Shown here: in pieces, positions 29,610-39,274 of the stretch
Numbering within the stretch: the first letter of the stretch is position 1
Layout: every line of letters begins with the position of its first letter
From: Candidatus Omnitrophota bacterium
GTDB taxonomy: Bacteria > Omnitrophota > Gorgyraeia > Duberdicusellales > 4484-171
Length of the DNA: 64,000 bases
Direction: 5' to 3'
NCBI GenBank assembly: GCA_003154195.1
Contig: PMCS01000029.1
Span: forward strand, 208,703 to 272,702
Position numbers and translations under genes: made by a program
The notes under the pieces: generated by a model
What the model saw: only the letters and a program-made list of their open reading frames with translations
What the model was told of the DNA's origin: nothing
Databases searched by the model: none

Positions 29610-30932
29610 ATGGAAGAGATTTTTTTGCTGCGCAAAAAAATAAATATGATAAAATTTTCCGATATTTTCGGTAAAGATGACAAAGAAAAAAAAGAGCCGG
29701 TTTCCCCGGAACCAAAGAAAGAGCATCGGCAGGAACAGGGCGGCAGCAAGATAAATTTTTTCCGCGCGTTTTTTAGAGAGGAGAAAAAAGAAGCTTCTTC
29801 GCCGAAAAAAGAAGAAGTTAAGCCGCAGGCTCCCCTGTCCGGCCCCGTAAGTTTTCCCGCCATATGTAAAAATAACGAACAAAACCAAGAAGAAAAAGAA
29901 AAGAAAGAGGATGCTTCTGCCGGTAAAGAGAAAAAACCTTCTCTTTCCGATATCGATTTTTTTTCTCTTTTCAATAATCAATCGCTTTCCAACAACGCGC
30001 CGGCAGGTTCCGGCGTGCCGAAGAAAGGCGATGGCGTATCCGGCGCAGAAGCGCCGGCCCCGTCCGATATCGACCAGATGTATAAGCAAGCCGTGATTAT
30101 CGCGCAGGATATTTTTAATTCCGATAGTAATTTGACGGAAACGCAAATGCGCCAGGTCAGTGATTTTGTCGAAAATCTTATCGATTGCATCAAAGACAAT
30201 GACCAACAATTCATGGAACGAGTTTTCAAAAATATAAGCGACGATATGCTTTTTGTTGCGCTGCATTTTGTTAATGTTTGCGTTTTGGCTTTGGAATTAG
30301 GCGTAGGATTAAACTACGCTAACTCTCAATTGTTGAGGCTCGGCATCGCGGCTTTTCTGCATGATTTGGGATTGCGCAAATACCGCGATTTGGTAAATCA
30401 AAAACGTAAACTTACCCCGGTGGAAATACATAAATTACAAAGGCATCCCCTCGACGCGTCGGAAATTATAAAAGTTCGAGGCGGCCATGTTACCAAACAG
30501 ATCGGCGAAATTATCGCGCAGCAGCACGAACGCATTGACGGTTCCGGTTACCCTCGTGGTTTAAAGAACGGCGATATCAGCGAAATGGCGCAGATAATCG
30601 GTTTAGTGGACGTTTACGAAGCGTTAACCCATAAGCGGCCCTACCGCGATAAATACACGCCGATTGAAGCGCTGAAGATTATTCTGGAAGATAAGGATAA
30701 TTTTTCGGCGCGGCTTACCAAGGCATTTATGGAAAGAATCGGATTTTATCCCAAGGGGACATTCGTCGAGCTCAACACCAAAGAAGCGGCGCAGGTTATC
30801 AAGCAGAATATCGAAATGCCTTCTTGCCCGGTCGTAAAAATTATTTATGACCTGCACGGCAAAAAAAACGAACAATCCAGAGAAATAGATTTGAGCCGGG
30901 GTACCAAGGTTTTTATTACCAAGAGTTTATAA
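29610..30932 (+). CDS. HD-GYP domain phosphodiesterase (c-di-GMP) with Lys/Glu-rich N-terminal low-complexity region
   Basis: 440 aa. HD motif AAFLHDLG. GYP motif HHERIDGSGYPRGL. The true start may be the ATG at 29646 (MIKFSDIF). Confidence 0.8.
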   Translation: MEEIFLLRKKINMIKFSDIFGKDDKEKKEPVSPEPKKEHRQEQGGSKINFFRAFFREEKKEASSPKKEEVKPQAPLSGPVSFPAICKNNEQNQEEKEKKEDASAGKEKKPSLSDIDFFSLFNNQSLSNNAPAGSGVPKKGDGVSGAEAPAPSDIDQMYKQAVIIAQDIFNSDSNLTETQMRQVSDFVENLIDCIKDNDQQFMERVFKNISDDMLFVALHFVNVCVLALELGVGLNYANSQLLRLGIAAFLHDLGLRKYRDLVNQKRKLTPVEIHKLQRHPLDASEIIKVRGGHVTKQIGEIIAQQHERIDGSGYPRGLKNGDISEMAQIIGLVDVYEALTHKRPYRDKYTPIEALKIILEDKDNFSARLTKAFMERIGFYPKGTFVELNTKEAAQVIKQNIEMPSCPVVKIIYDLHGKKNEQSREIDLSRGTKVFITKSL

Positions 30933-30937
30933 CGCAT

Positions 30938-31882
30938 ATGACAAAACACTCAACCATAAATCTTTTAATTATCATCGCGGTTATCGCCGCGATTGTATTT
31001 TTCGGGTTTAATTTTTTAAAGATGAACACAAGTTTCCAGGAGAACTTGACTTCTCTTCAGGCGGCGCTTCCCGCTGGCCATCTTAACGAATTAAAACCGG
31101 CCGAGGCAACCGGCGGGGCAGTTTCTCCTAAGGCCGTCGATAACACACCGGATGCCGCCGTAGAGCAAAAAGAACATCAGCGGCTTACCGGCGAAATAGA
31201 AAATCTTAAAAAGTCACTGGATGGTAAAGACAGTGATTTGGCGGCATTAAGAAAAGAATTGGCTGAACTGAAAACCAATTATCTGGATGCCGCCGCGCAA
31301 AAAGAAGCTTTGATTAAAGAGAAGAAAGAGCTGGCCGATGAGCTGAGCGATAAGGAAGCGGCGCTGAGTTCTTTAAGGCCGGCGCCGGATAAAGTTGCGC
31401 CCGCTCCCGAAGAGGTTGCCGCTTTAAAAAAAGAGCTTAGCGAATATAAGGATAATCTGGATAAAGTTACCGATCTTTATGAGCGCCTTACACTTCAACT
31501 AAAAAATATATCCGCCGCGCTTGCCCGAAGAGAAGAGGAAAACCGGCATAAAGAAAATCAAATCACGGAGCTGAAAGGAGAAATTTCTATCTTAAAGACC
31601 CAAGTGAGCCAGCTAAATGATTATCTACTGCAATCACAGGAGACTCACCGGGCCATTAAGGAAAAATTAAACGTGCTTAACGAGTTGGACGGTACGGTTA
31701 AAAACAATTTAGGGCAGGAAACATTAGGCAAACAACCGGATTCTTTCCGGGGAAATTTTTCGCGAGCGGCCGTCGCGCCGGAAAACACCGCTGATCTAAC
31801 CAGGCCGATGCCTTCAGGCAACAAAACCGAAGCCGAAGAATTAAAAAAGAAAGTAGAAGTGATCTTGCAGTCGGTAGAATAG
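30938..31882 (+). CDS. Membrane-anchored coiled-coil protein
   Basis: 314 aa. N-terminal TM, then long heptad-like Glu/Lys/Leu-rich region. Confidence 0.45.
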   Translation: MTKHSTINLLIIIAVIAAIVFFGFNFLKMNTSFQENLTSLQAALPAGHLNELKPAEATGGAVSPKAVDNTPDAAVEQKEHQRLTGEIENLKKSLDGKDSDLAALRKELAELKTNYLDAAAQKEALIKEKKELADELSDKEAALSSLRPAPDKVAPAPEEVAALKKELSEYKDNLDKVTDLYERLTLQLKNISAALARREEENRHKENQITELKGEISILKTQVSQLNDYLLQSQETHRAIKEKLNVLNELDGTVKNNLGQETLGKQPDSFRGNFSRAAVAPENTADLTRPMPSGNKTEAEELKKKVEVILQSVE

Positions 31883-32000
31883 AAATACTATGCGAATCAA
31901 ATCACAAATTACAAATACCAAATCCCAAATTTCCACCTTTTGCGGGATTGCGCTGAACCAGCATAATAAAGAGCGGGAAAATCCCAGTATCAAAATACAA

Positions 32001-33038
32001 ATGACCAAAACCAAAACATCTATTGTTTGGAATTTGAAATTTGGAGCTTGGAATTTATTTGGTGCTTGGTGCTTGGTGCTTGGGATTTGTATTTTTTTAC
32101 AATCGCCGGTGTTCGGCGAGGCGGATAAGGCCGATATCGCACGTCATTATCGCCTGGGGCGTATCTATTATGAAAACGGCCTTTACGAAGATGCTCAAAG
32201 AGAGTTTAAGAAGGCCATGAATGTGCCGGATAATAATATGCTTAATGATTCTGAGCAAGCGCAAATTCTACCGGCAAGAGACGTTGTCCCGCCGGCCGCT
32301 TCTCCGGCCCCGGCGCAACAAGTAAAAAATATAATGCCGGGGACGGGGACAGATGGTATAGACCATAAGATAAATAAGGAAACCCCGGCCCCCGCCGTGT
32401 TGGTTTCCCAGCCCGATGCCGTTTCTCCCGCCGGCGATTATATCATCGGGCCGGGGGATACTCTTTCCGTAAGCGTATGGGAAAACAGCGACCTTGATAA
32501 GGAAGTAATTGTCCGGCCCGACGGGAAAATTTCCTTCCCCTTAATCGACGATGCTGTTGCCGCGGGGTTGGCCATTCCTCAGTTGAGGGGAGTCATTACC
32601 GCAAAGCTCAGCGAATTTATTCGTTACCCCCAGGTAGTCGTTTCTTTAAGGGCGATCGGCGGCAATAAAATCATTGTGCTGGGCGAGGTCGGCCATCCCG
32701 GAGTTTTTTCCCTTAGCGAGCAGAAAAGCGTTCTGGAAGCGGTAGCTTTGGCCGGAGGTTTTACCAAAGACGCAGTGCTCGACAGTGTTATCGTCATAAA
32801 GGGCGGTTTAAAAAATCCGCAGGCGATGCGGGTTAATCTTACTAAAGCTTTGATCCGGGCCAATATGAAAGAAAATGTTCTCCTGGTTTCCCAGGATATC
32901 GTTTATGTTCCCAGAAGATTTATCGCCAACCTCAGTTATTTTTTAAACCAGATTCTTGACCCGATCTCCAAAGGTGCTTCTATCTATCAACAATTTCAGA
33001 CCTTGGGGGTTACAACCACCACGACCGTAACCCAATAG
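32001..33038 (+). CDS. Wza/KpsD-like polysaccharide export protein (Poly_export + SLBB domains)
   Basis: GDYIIGPGDTLSVSVWENSDL ... VRPDGKISFPLIDDAVAAGL ... IIVLGEVGHPGVF. ORF-track frame opens at 31890, but that N-terminus translates a simple-sequence inverted repeat. The ATG at 32001 gives a signal-like segment. Confidence 0.7.
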   Translation: MTKTKTSIVWNLKFGAWNLFGAWCLVLGICIFLQSPVFGEADKADIARHYRLGRIYYENGLYEDAQREFKKAMNVPDNNMLNDSEQAQILPARDVVPPAASPAPAQQVKNIMPGTGTDGIDHKINKETPAPAVLVSQPDAVSPAGDYIIGPGDTLSVSVWENSDLDKEVIVRPDGKISFPLIDDAVAAGLAIPQLRGVITAKLSEFIRYPQVVVSLRAIGGNKIIVLGEVGHPGVFSLSEQKSVLEAVALAGGFTKDAVLDSVIVIKGGLKNPQAMRVNLTKALIRANMKENVLLVSQDIVYVPRRFIANLSYFLNQILDPISKGASIYQQFQTLGVTTTTTVTQ

Positions 33039-33067
33039 TAAAGTTGTTTTGTATTTGTTATTATAAA

Positions 33068-33772
33068 ATGACCTTTTCGGTTATCATCCCTACTTACAAT
33101 GAAGAAGATGTAATTGTCGATATTATCGCTGCCGTTCGTAACGAGATATCTCCTCTCGAGGAAATTATTATCGTCGACGACAATTCCACGGATTTAACCA
33201 GGCCGCGCGTCGAGCAATTAGCGCGGGCCGACCGGAAGATTCGTTTAATCCGCCGGGATAACGAAAAAAATCTGGCTACAGCGATTGCCGAAGGGATTCG
33301 TTGCGCCGCCGGCGATTGGGTTATGTGGTTTGACGCCGATTTTTCGGCGCCGCCGGGGACACTGACCGCATTAATAAACTCGGCCTCCGGCGCCGATATT
33401 GTCGTTGCTTCCCGTTATGTCCGCGGCGGCAAAGATGCCCGGGATGATTTTTTGCGTGTTGCCGCCAGCTATATTTTTAATTGGTTCGCCCGTCTGGTCT
33501 TGCGTACTGCAGTGAAAGATTTAACCAGCGGCCAGATAATTGCCCGGCGCAGCATCTTTGACTGCCTGGCAATTAAGGGTTTATACGGCGAATATTGTAT
33601 CCGGTTTCTCTATGAGGCTTCCCGGAAAGGATTTAAAATAAAAGAAACGCCTTACGTGTATTTTTCCCGTAAAAAGGGCAAAAGCAAAACCACGGCAAGC
33701 CCGGGCCAATTCTTAAAATATTGCTTGGTATACGTCTCTGAAGTTTTTAAATTGACGCGGTCAAAATCATGA
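33068..33772 (+). CDS. Family 2 glycosyltransferase (DPM1/ArnC-like polyprenyl-phosphate sugar transferase)
   Basis: FSVIIPTYNEEDVI ... IIVDDNSTD ... DADF. ORF track starts at 33044; the ATG at 33068 is more plausible. Confidence 0.8.
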   Translation: MTFSVIIPTYNEEDVIVDIIAAVRNEISPLEEIIIVDDNSTDLTRPRVEQLARADRKIRLIRRDNEKNLATAIAEGIRCAAGDWVMWFDADFSAPPGTLTALINSASGADIVVASRYVRGGKDARDDFLRVAASYIFNWFARLVLRTAVKDLTSGQIIARRSIFDCLAIKGLYGEYCIRFLYEASRKGFKIKETPYVYFSRKKGKSKTTASPGQFLKYCLVYVSEVFKLTRSKS

Positions 33773-34944
33773 AACATAAAAGGATCATTTTACCGGCGCC
33801 GGAGCCTTATTTAAACCGGCGAAAAAAAATAATCCCCGTAAGCGCGCCCTTATTCGACGGCAACGAACTGGCTTATCTTACCCGGTGCATCAAAAGCGGA
33901 TGGATTTCTTCCCTGGGTAGTTATGTGGAAGAATTTGAAGAGCGTTTCAGCGCTTATTGCGGAGCAGGATGGGGCGTGGCTTGTTCCAGCGGGACGGCTG
34001 CTTTGCATCTGGTGCTGGCGGCCGCCGGTGTCGGCCGGGGCGATGAAGTGATTATGCCGGCATTTACCATGATTTCTACCGCCAACGCCGTCGCTTACCA
34101 GGGCGCTAAACCGGTATTGGTCGATGTCGAGCCGGATACTTTTACTATCCGTCCGGACAAAATAGAAGGAAAGATTACCAAACGCACCAGGGCGATCATC
34201 GCCGTGCATATCTACGGCCATCCCGCCGATATCGATCCCATCAAAAGAATCGCCCGCAAATATAAACTTTTGCTTATTGAAGACGCCGCCGAAGCCCATG
34301 GCGCGCGCTATAAAGGTAAACCGGCCGGCTCTTTAGCCGCCGCCGCCTGTTTTAGTTTTTACGGTAATAAAATTATTACCACCGGCGAAGGCGGAATGGT
34401 CGTTACCGGCAATAAAAAAATATACCGGCGCGCCGCTTATTTGCGCGACCTGGCTTTTTCCAGCGCGCGCCACTTCTGGCATAAAGAATTAGGATTTAAC
34501 TACCGGATGTCCAATTTGCAGGCGGCCGTAGGATTGGCCCAGTTGGAGCGGGTAGATAAACTGGTGGCGATTAAGCGCGATAACGCGCGGCGTTATACTG
34601 CCTTGCTTAAGGACATCGCCGGCATCGGGCTGCCTCCGGAGCGGCCCTGGGCAAAAAATGTATACTGGATGTACGCGGTTACCGTGGAGAAAGAATTCGG
34701 CATATCGAAAGACCGGCTGCGCGCCCGGCTTGCCCAGAACGGCATCGATACGCGTAATTTTTTCATCCCTATAAATTTACAGCCGATTTATGCCGGAATC
34801 TGCCGGGGAAATTTTCCCGTTGCCGAAGAGTTGTGCCGGAAGGGTTTTTATTTACCATCGGGTTTTAATTTAAAAAAAGATGATATCGCGTTTATCGTCA
34901 ACACCATTCGGGAAGCTCGCCTTTGTTGGTGGACTCGCCGGTAA
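33769..34944 (+). CDS. DegT/DnrJ/EryC1/StrS family PLP-dependent sugar aminotransferase (ArnB-like)
   Basis: 391 aa. Fold-type I aminotransferase motifs; FSFYGNKIITTGEGGMVVT contains the PLP lysine context. Confidence 0.85.
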   Translation: MKHKRIILPAPEPYLNRRKKIIPVSAPLFDGNELAYLTRCIKSGWISSLGSYVEEFEERFSAYCGAGWGVACSSGTAALHLVLAAAGVGRGDEVIMPAFTMISTANAVAYQGAKPVLVDVEPDTFTIRPDKIEGKITKRTRAIIAVHIYGHPADIDPIKRIARKYKLLLIEDAAEAHGARYKGKPAGSLAAAACFSFYGNKIITTGEGGMVVTGNKKIYRRAAYLRDLAFSSARHFWHKELGFNYRMSNLQAAVGLAQLERVDKLVAIKRDNARRYTALLKDIAGIGLPPERPWAKNVYWMYAVTVEKEFGISKDRLRARLAQNGIDTRNFFIPINLQPIYAGICRGNFPVAEELCRKGFYLPSGFNLKKDDIAFIVNTIREARLCWWTRR

Positions 34945-35483
34945 TTTAAAAACCCATATTGTACTGATTATAACATGTGCCGTCGGCGCTTTGCTGCGTT
35001 TCTATAAGATCGACGAACGTTGTTATTCCGGCGACGCTATCGCCTGGATACCGGTCGGCGTGCATTTTCTTAGGGATTTCGGCACGCTGTTGGCCGGCGA
35101 GGGTTTTAGCCGCGTACCGTTAAAAATCGGCCCCCTGGGAAATATTCTGTTTATACAATCAACGGGAATGTCAAAGGAAAGAATTTGTCGATAGCTGTGA
35201 CGATATTGCTTCTATCATATGTTTATGAGAAAAAAGCAAATTAAAAATAGTTGGGCTAGTTAGGTCGGTTGAGCCAGTTGTAGTGTTGGAATCTTTCAAC
35301 AGCCTCGACAGTCCCAACGGTTGAACGGGCTAAACAGGTCCAACAGGCTAAACAATCAAATGCTTCATAACCGTATCTACATTTTTTTCAGGCTTTTAAT
35401 ATCCGGAAAAATAAAATATATTTACGCGAGTTTCCGCCGCCGATTTATTTTTTATTTCCGTAAAAATTACTTCAAAAAACAAA

Positions 35484-35677
35484 TGATGGAACGAAAGGGG
35501 CATTGTCCGGGTTCAGGTCATTGCTGTGCGAAAACAATGCCCCGGTGTAAATATTTTTCCGGCGGTAAGTGCCTTGCTTATAATGAACAACCATTTTTTT
35601 GTAAAATTTTTCCCATCGACAAAAAAGATGTTATACTTAGCGATGTAAAAGGGATATGCGGGTATTGTTGGAAATAA
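35484..35677 (+). CDS. Small Cys-rich protein, YkgJ/UPF0153-like (putative Zn/Fe-binding CxxCxxCC-type)
   Basis: 64 aa from the ATG at 35484. MMERKGHCPGSGHCCAKTMPRCKYFSGGKCLAYNEQPFFCKIF...CGYCW, 8 Cys. The ORF-track 118-aa version extends upstream into a repeat region. Confidence 0.4.
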
Positions 35678-35690
35678 GCTTGTAAACAAT

Positions 35691-37154
35691 ATGAATATTA
35701 CTTTAATCAATCCTCCTTTTGAAGTGCAGGATTCAGTCGGCTCATCACGAAGCCTGAGCCTGGTTTTAAATGTAATCCCGCCGCTCGGTTTAGGCTATCT
35801 GGCGGCAGCGCTGGAAACTTCCGGTTTTTGCGTGCAAATCATCGACTTTACACTCAAGCATAACCGTAAAACTCTTTTGCGGCAAATCGCCAGCCAAAAC
35901 CCGGCCGTAATCGGCATTACCGCTTCTACGCCGATTTTTGCTTCGGCCTGCGATTTGACTAAGGTTTTGCGCAACCTTTGCCCAAAAGCATTGTTGGTAT
36001 TAGGCGGAGCGCACGTGACGGCGATGCCTGAGCCAGCCATGAAAAGCGGCTATTTTGACATCGGTGTTATCGCTGAAGGCGAAGAAACTTTTCTGGCGTT
36101 GGTTAAAAATTTAGAAGAAAAGGGAGGCGGGGGATTGGAGACTATTCCGGGCATTATTATTAAAAAAGATGATCGATGGATATTAACGCCCAAGAGAGAG
36201 TATGCTAAAAATCTTGATACCTTGCCTTTTCCCAGCCGGCATTTGCTACCGCCCCTGTCTTGTTATCAGCCCACCCCGGCTTCTTACCGTCGGCTTCCCT
36301 TAGGTATTATTATTACCAGCCGTGGCTGTCCCCATCAATGCACTTTCTGCGACCGGGCGGTCTTCGGCAATGTTTATCGGGCGCGGAGCAGCCAAAATGT
36401 TTTGGCTGAGGTCAAAGAGGTAGTAAATAAATACGGGGCGCGGGAAATCAGGTTTTTTGATGATTGTTTTACGTTAGATAAAAGACGCGTTTATGATATT
36501 TGCGCCGGCTTGCGTAAATCGAATATTAAGATACCCTGGACCTGCCTTACTACCGTTACCAGCGTTGATAAGGATTTGCTGAAAGAGATGGCTGCGGCCG
36601 GTTGCTGGCAGGTTTTATTCGGGTTAGAGTCGGGCGATGAACGGATGCTTGCCCGGCTATGTAAGGGCCCTTGTTTAGAAGATAATGTTAACGCAGTTCG
36701 TTGGGCAAAGCAAGCCGGTTTAAGCGTGCGCGCCGATTTTATCGTAGGCACTCCCGGCGAGACTAAAGAGAGTTTACAAAAAACTTTGGCGTTTACCTTG
36801 AACAACAGGCTTGACTATGCACATTTTAATAAATTTGTCCCTTACCCGGGGACAGAATTATACAAAAATTTAACCGGTGAAGGCTATCGGTTCGATTTTA
36901 ATAAACCCTGCAGTATTACCGACCATGAAAGTTTTGCCTATATCCCGCCGACTTTAGAAAAAGAATATTACGAAAATTTCCTCAATTACGCGCATCAAAA
37001 GTTTTATCTAAGGCCAGGGTATATGCTAAAGCGATTGCTGTCGATAAGGGGATGGGATGAATTTATCGGCCAGTTAAAAGGTTTTCTGTCCATAGTTTTA
37101 TTACGACGAAGTCGGAGAAAGGGTGGGATATTAAAAAATGAAATTAATCAATAA
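35691..37154 (+). CDS. B12-binding domain radical SAM protein (class B, methyltransferase-like)
   Basis: 487 aa. N-terminal cobalamin-binding Rossmann region (LGLGYLAAALETSGFCVQIID ... VIGITAS) followed by the radical SAM motif CPHQCTFC. Confidence 0.85.
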   Translation: MNITLINPPFEVQDSVGSSRSLSLVLNVIPPLGLGYLAAALETSGFCVQIIDFTLKHNRKTLLRQIASQNPAVIGITASTPIFASACDLTKVLRNLCPKALLVLGGAHVTAMPEPAMKSGYFDIGVIAEGEETFLALVKNLEEKGGGGLETIPGIIIKKDDRWILTPKREYAKNLDTLPFPSRHLLPPLSCYQPTPASYRRLPLGIIITSRGCPHQCTFCDRAVFGNVYRARSSQNVLAEVKEVVNKYGAREIRFFDDCFTLDKRRVYDICAGLRKSNIKIPWTCLTTVTSVDKDLLKEMAAAGCWQVLFGLESGDERMLARLCKGPCLEDNVNAVRWAKQAGLSVRADFIVGTPGETKESLQKTLAFTLNNRLDYAHFNKFVPYPGTELYKNLTGEGYRFDFNKPCSITDHESFAYIPPTLEKEYYENFLNYAHQKFYLRPGYMLKRLLSIRGWDEFIGQLKGFLSIVLLRRSRRKGGILKNEINQ

Positions 37155-37323
37155 GATAAAAGGCGTATTTCTTATTATTCTGGGAGCAGCCTGGATTGCT
37201 TTCGTTTATAATTTTTACACGTTTAGGCTTGAGCCGCCGTCATTGATTTCTAAGGTGGTTCTGGGTTTTATTCTGGGAGCGATAATGATGATAAACGGCA
37301 TGAGGATTTACCGAAGAAAATGA
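37138..37323 (+). CDS. Small 2-TM membrane protein
   Basis: 61 aa, hydrophobic. Overlaps both neighbouring genes by a few nt, suggesting coupling. Could be spurious. Confidence 0.3.
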   Translation: MKLINKIKGVFLIILGAAWIAFVYNFYTFRLEPPSLISKVVLGFILGAIMMINGMRIYRRK

Positions 37324-39206
37324 CGCAAAGCAAAATACCTAAAAGCATAATCATTATAACCGGATTGACCGTTTTGTTTTTGGCGATGAGGTTGCTGGTT
37401 TTATTTTCTTATCTAAACCGGCTCTATGAACCAGAGGAGCTTTATCGCGGCACAATCACCAGAGAAATCATCAAAGGCCCGTTGATGTCGCCGTGGGAAT
37501 ATTTAGATTATAAAGTAGATTATTTCCCCGGCGGCACATTGGTTGTAGGTATATTGGCGGTGCCGTTTTTTCTTTTATTCGGCCATACCTATATAAGCCT
37601 TAAATTAGTCGGCCTTGTTTTTGCCCTGGGGACTTTTTTGTTGTGGTATTTATTTATGGATAGATTTTTCAATCGTCGGACAGCGGTTATAACCGCTGCC
37701 GTGTTTCTTTTATGCATGCCGTTTTATACGATGACTTCTTTTATTACCTGGGGCTCCCATCCCGAGACAAATTTTTTTACTATCTTGAGTATATTTATTT
37801 TTTGCAATATTTTTTTAAACGCGCGGGTAAAATCCGGCGACAATATTTTTTATACCGGTTATAAAAATTTTTTCTTGTTGGGATTAATTTCCGGATTCGG
37901 CCTCTGGTTTGTGGAGACATCTCTTATCCCATTGTTATTTTTATTAATTTTTTGGTTCATTTTCGATCGGCGAGTTTTTTTAAGAAAAGTATTTTTTATT
38001 TTTTGTTTGGGGTTTATTACGGGTTTTTCACCGGCCATTTATTATGAACTGGTTTATAAAGGTAATGCCTTGGCCATAAGGGGCCAGTCTTTATTGTCGA
38101 ATATACTAGCCTGCAATATAAACGGCGCTTTGCCCAAGGCCCTGTTGCTGTTTTCGCATGATCTGCCCAATTCATTTCTTTTCGGCAATATTTTTAATTT
38201 AAACGGGAAAATATTTTCCTATCTTTATTATTTTATATTTTTGTCGGCTTTCGCTTATCTTTTTTGGATTAACCGTAAAATTATTTTTTTATCAGGAAAG
38301 GCTGCAATTTATCCGATAACCCTGAAGGAAGTCAAGGTCGCCCCCGCAGCGGTTCCTTCCGAAGTGATTATTTTAGCCTACCCGGTATTTTTTTTAAGTT
38401 GTTTCATCCTGAGTGATTACTGGATATTGTCCCCGCCCTGGGAAGATCCGTTACTTTGGCCGCATTATATTGGCTACCGCTATCTGACCCCGGCTATTCC
38501 GTTTTTTCTGGCTATTTTAGGTATCTTCGCCGGGAAGATGAAAAATAAAATTTTGTTCAGTCTTACCCTGCTTTTTGTATTAGGCCTGGGGTTGCTGGGA
38601 AATTTAAATATTATTTCGATGAAAAACTTCGGTAAATTTTTTTCCTACAAAGGATATTCTTATAATATAATCGGCGATAAAATCGGTTTTAAAATTAGCC
38701 GGGGATTAGGTAAATATATCGCGCCGTTCAATAAACTGCCGGAAAATGAAAAAATACAATTTTACGAAGGTCTGGGCACGGGAATTGCTTTGCGGATGGA
38801 GAAGTCTAAGCCGGAAACAGTTATTCGGTTTTTTGAAAAAGAAATAAATGCCCCCTATCAACCGTTTTTATACCGTGGTTGGGGGTCGCTTTTTTTTGCT
38901 AATTATCCTGATCGGCTTCGGCGGGCGTTGGCCGCAGCGAAGATCATTGAACCGCGATACCGGCCCTTTTTTTACGAAGGCTTCGGCCGAAAAGTAGAGT
39001 TTTCTAAAGACGTCTCTAAGCTACCGAATTATATCCGGGCAATAGAATTACCTTATCGTCAATTTTATTATAAAGGCTTCGGCTTTGCCGTTGGCCTTGT
39101 ATTTGGATATGATAAGCGTAAGGAAGCTGAGTTGATTGAGATCGCCGGTTCAGAATATAAAAAATTTGTCAAAGAGGGAATTGTGGAAGGCGAAACGGCC
39201 AGATGA
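37320..39206 (+). CDS. GT-C fold membrane glycosyltransferase (ArnT/PMT, GT39/83-like) with C-terminal repeat domain
   Basis: 628 aa. About 11 N-terminal TMs. C-terminal soluble domain with internal repeats YEGLG / YRGWG / YEGFG / YKGFG. No WWDYG oligosaccharyltransferase motif. Confidence 0.55.
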   Translation: MTQSKIPKSIIIITGLTVLFLAMRLLVLFSYLNRLYEPEELYRGTITREIIKGPLMSPWEYLDYKVDYFPGGTLVVGILAVPFFLLFGHTYISLKLVGLVFALGTFLLWYLFMDRFFNRRTAVITAAVFLLCMPFYTMTSFITWGSHPETNFFTILSIFIFCNIFLNARVKSGDNIFYTGYKNFFLLGLISGFGLWFVETSLIPLLFLLIFWFIFDRRVFLRKVFFIFCLGFITGFSPAIYYELVYKGNALAIRGQSLLSNILACNINGALPKALLLFSHDLPNSFLFGNIFNLNGKIFSYLYYFIFLSAFAYLFWINRKIIFLSGKAAIYPITLKEVKVAPAAVPSEVIILAYPVFFLSCFILSDYWILSPPWEDPLLWPHYIGYRYLTPAIPFFLAILGIFAGKMKNKILFSLTLLFVLGLGLLGNLNIISMKNFGKFFSYKGYSYNIIGDKIGFKISRGLGKYIAPFNKLPENEKIQFYEGLGTGIALRMEKSKPETVIRFFEKEINAPYQPFLYRGWGSLFFANYPDRLRRALAAAKIIEPRYRPFFYEGFGRKVEFSKDVSKLPNYIRAIELPYRQFYYKGFGFAVGLVFGYDKRKEAELIEIAGSEYKKFVKEGIVEGETAR

Positions 39207-39274
39207 CTTGATTTATCCTCGATTGAGATGCTTAAATCGATTTCCCAATACGCGGCGAATTTATAGTTAAATGT

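Noticed and set aside
31890-32000. Annotated N-terminal extension of the Wza-like gene (MRIKSQITNTKSQIS ...)
   Set aside because: It translates a simple-sequence inverted repeat. The ATG at 32001 gives a plausible signal peptide.
34880-35194. 104-aa ORF as a real gene
   Set aside because: It starts inside the 3' end of the aminotransferase gene. Only the downstream part has any GT-C-like character, so it is treated as a possible gene fragment, not a feature.
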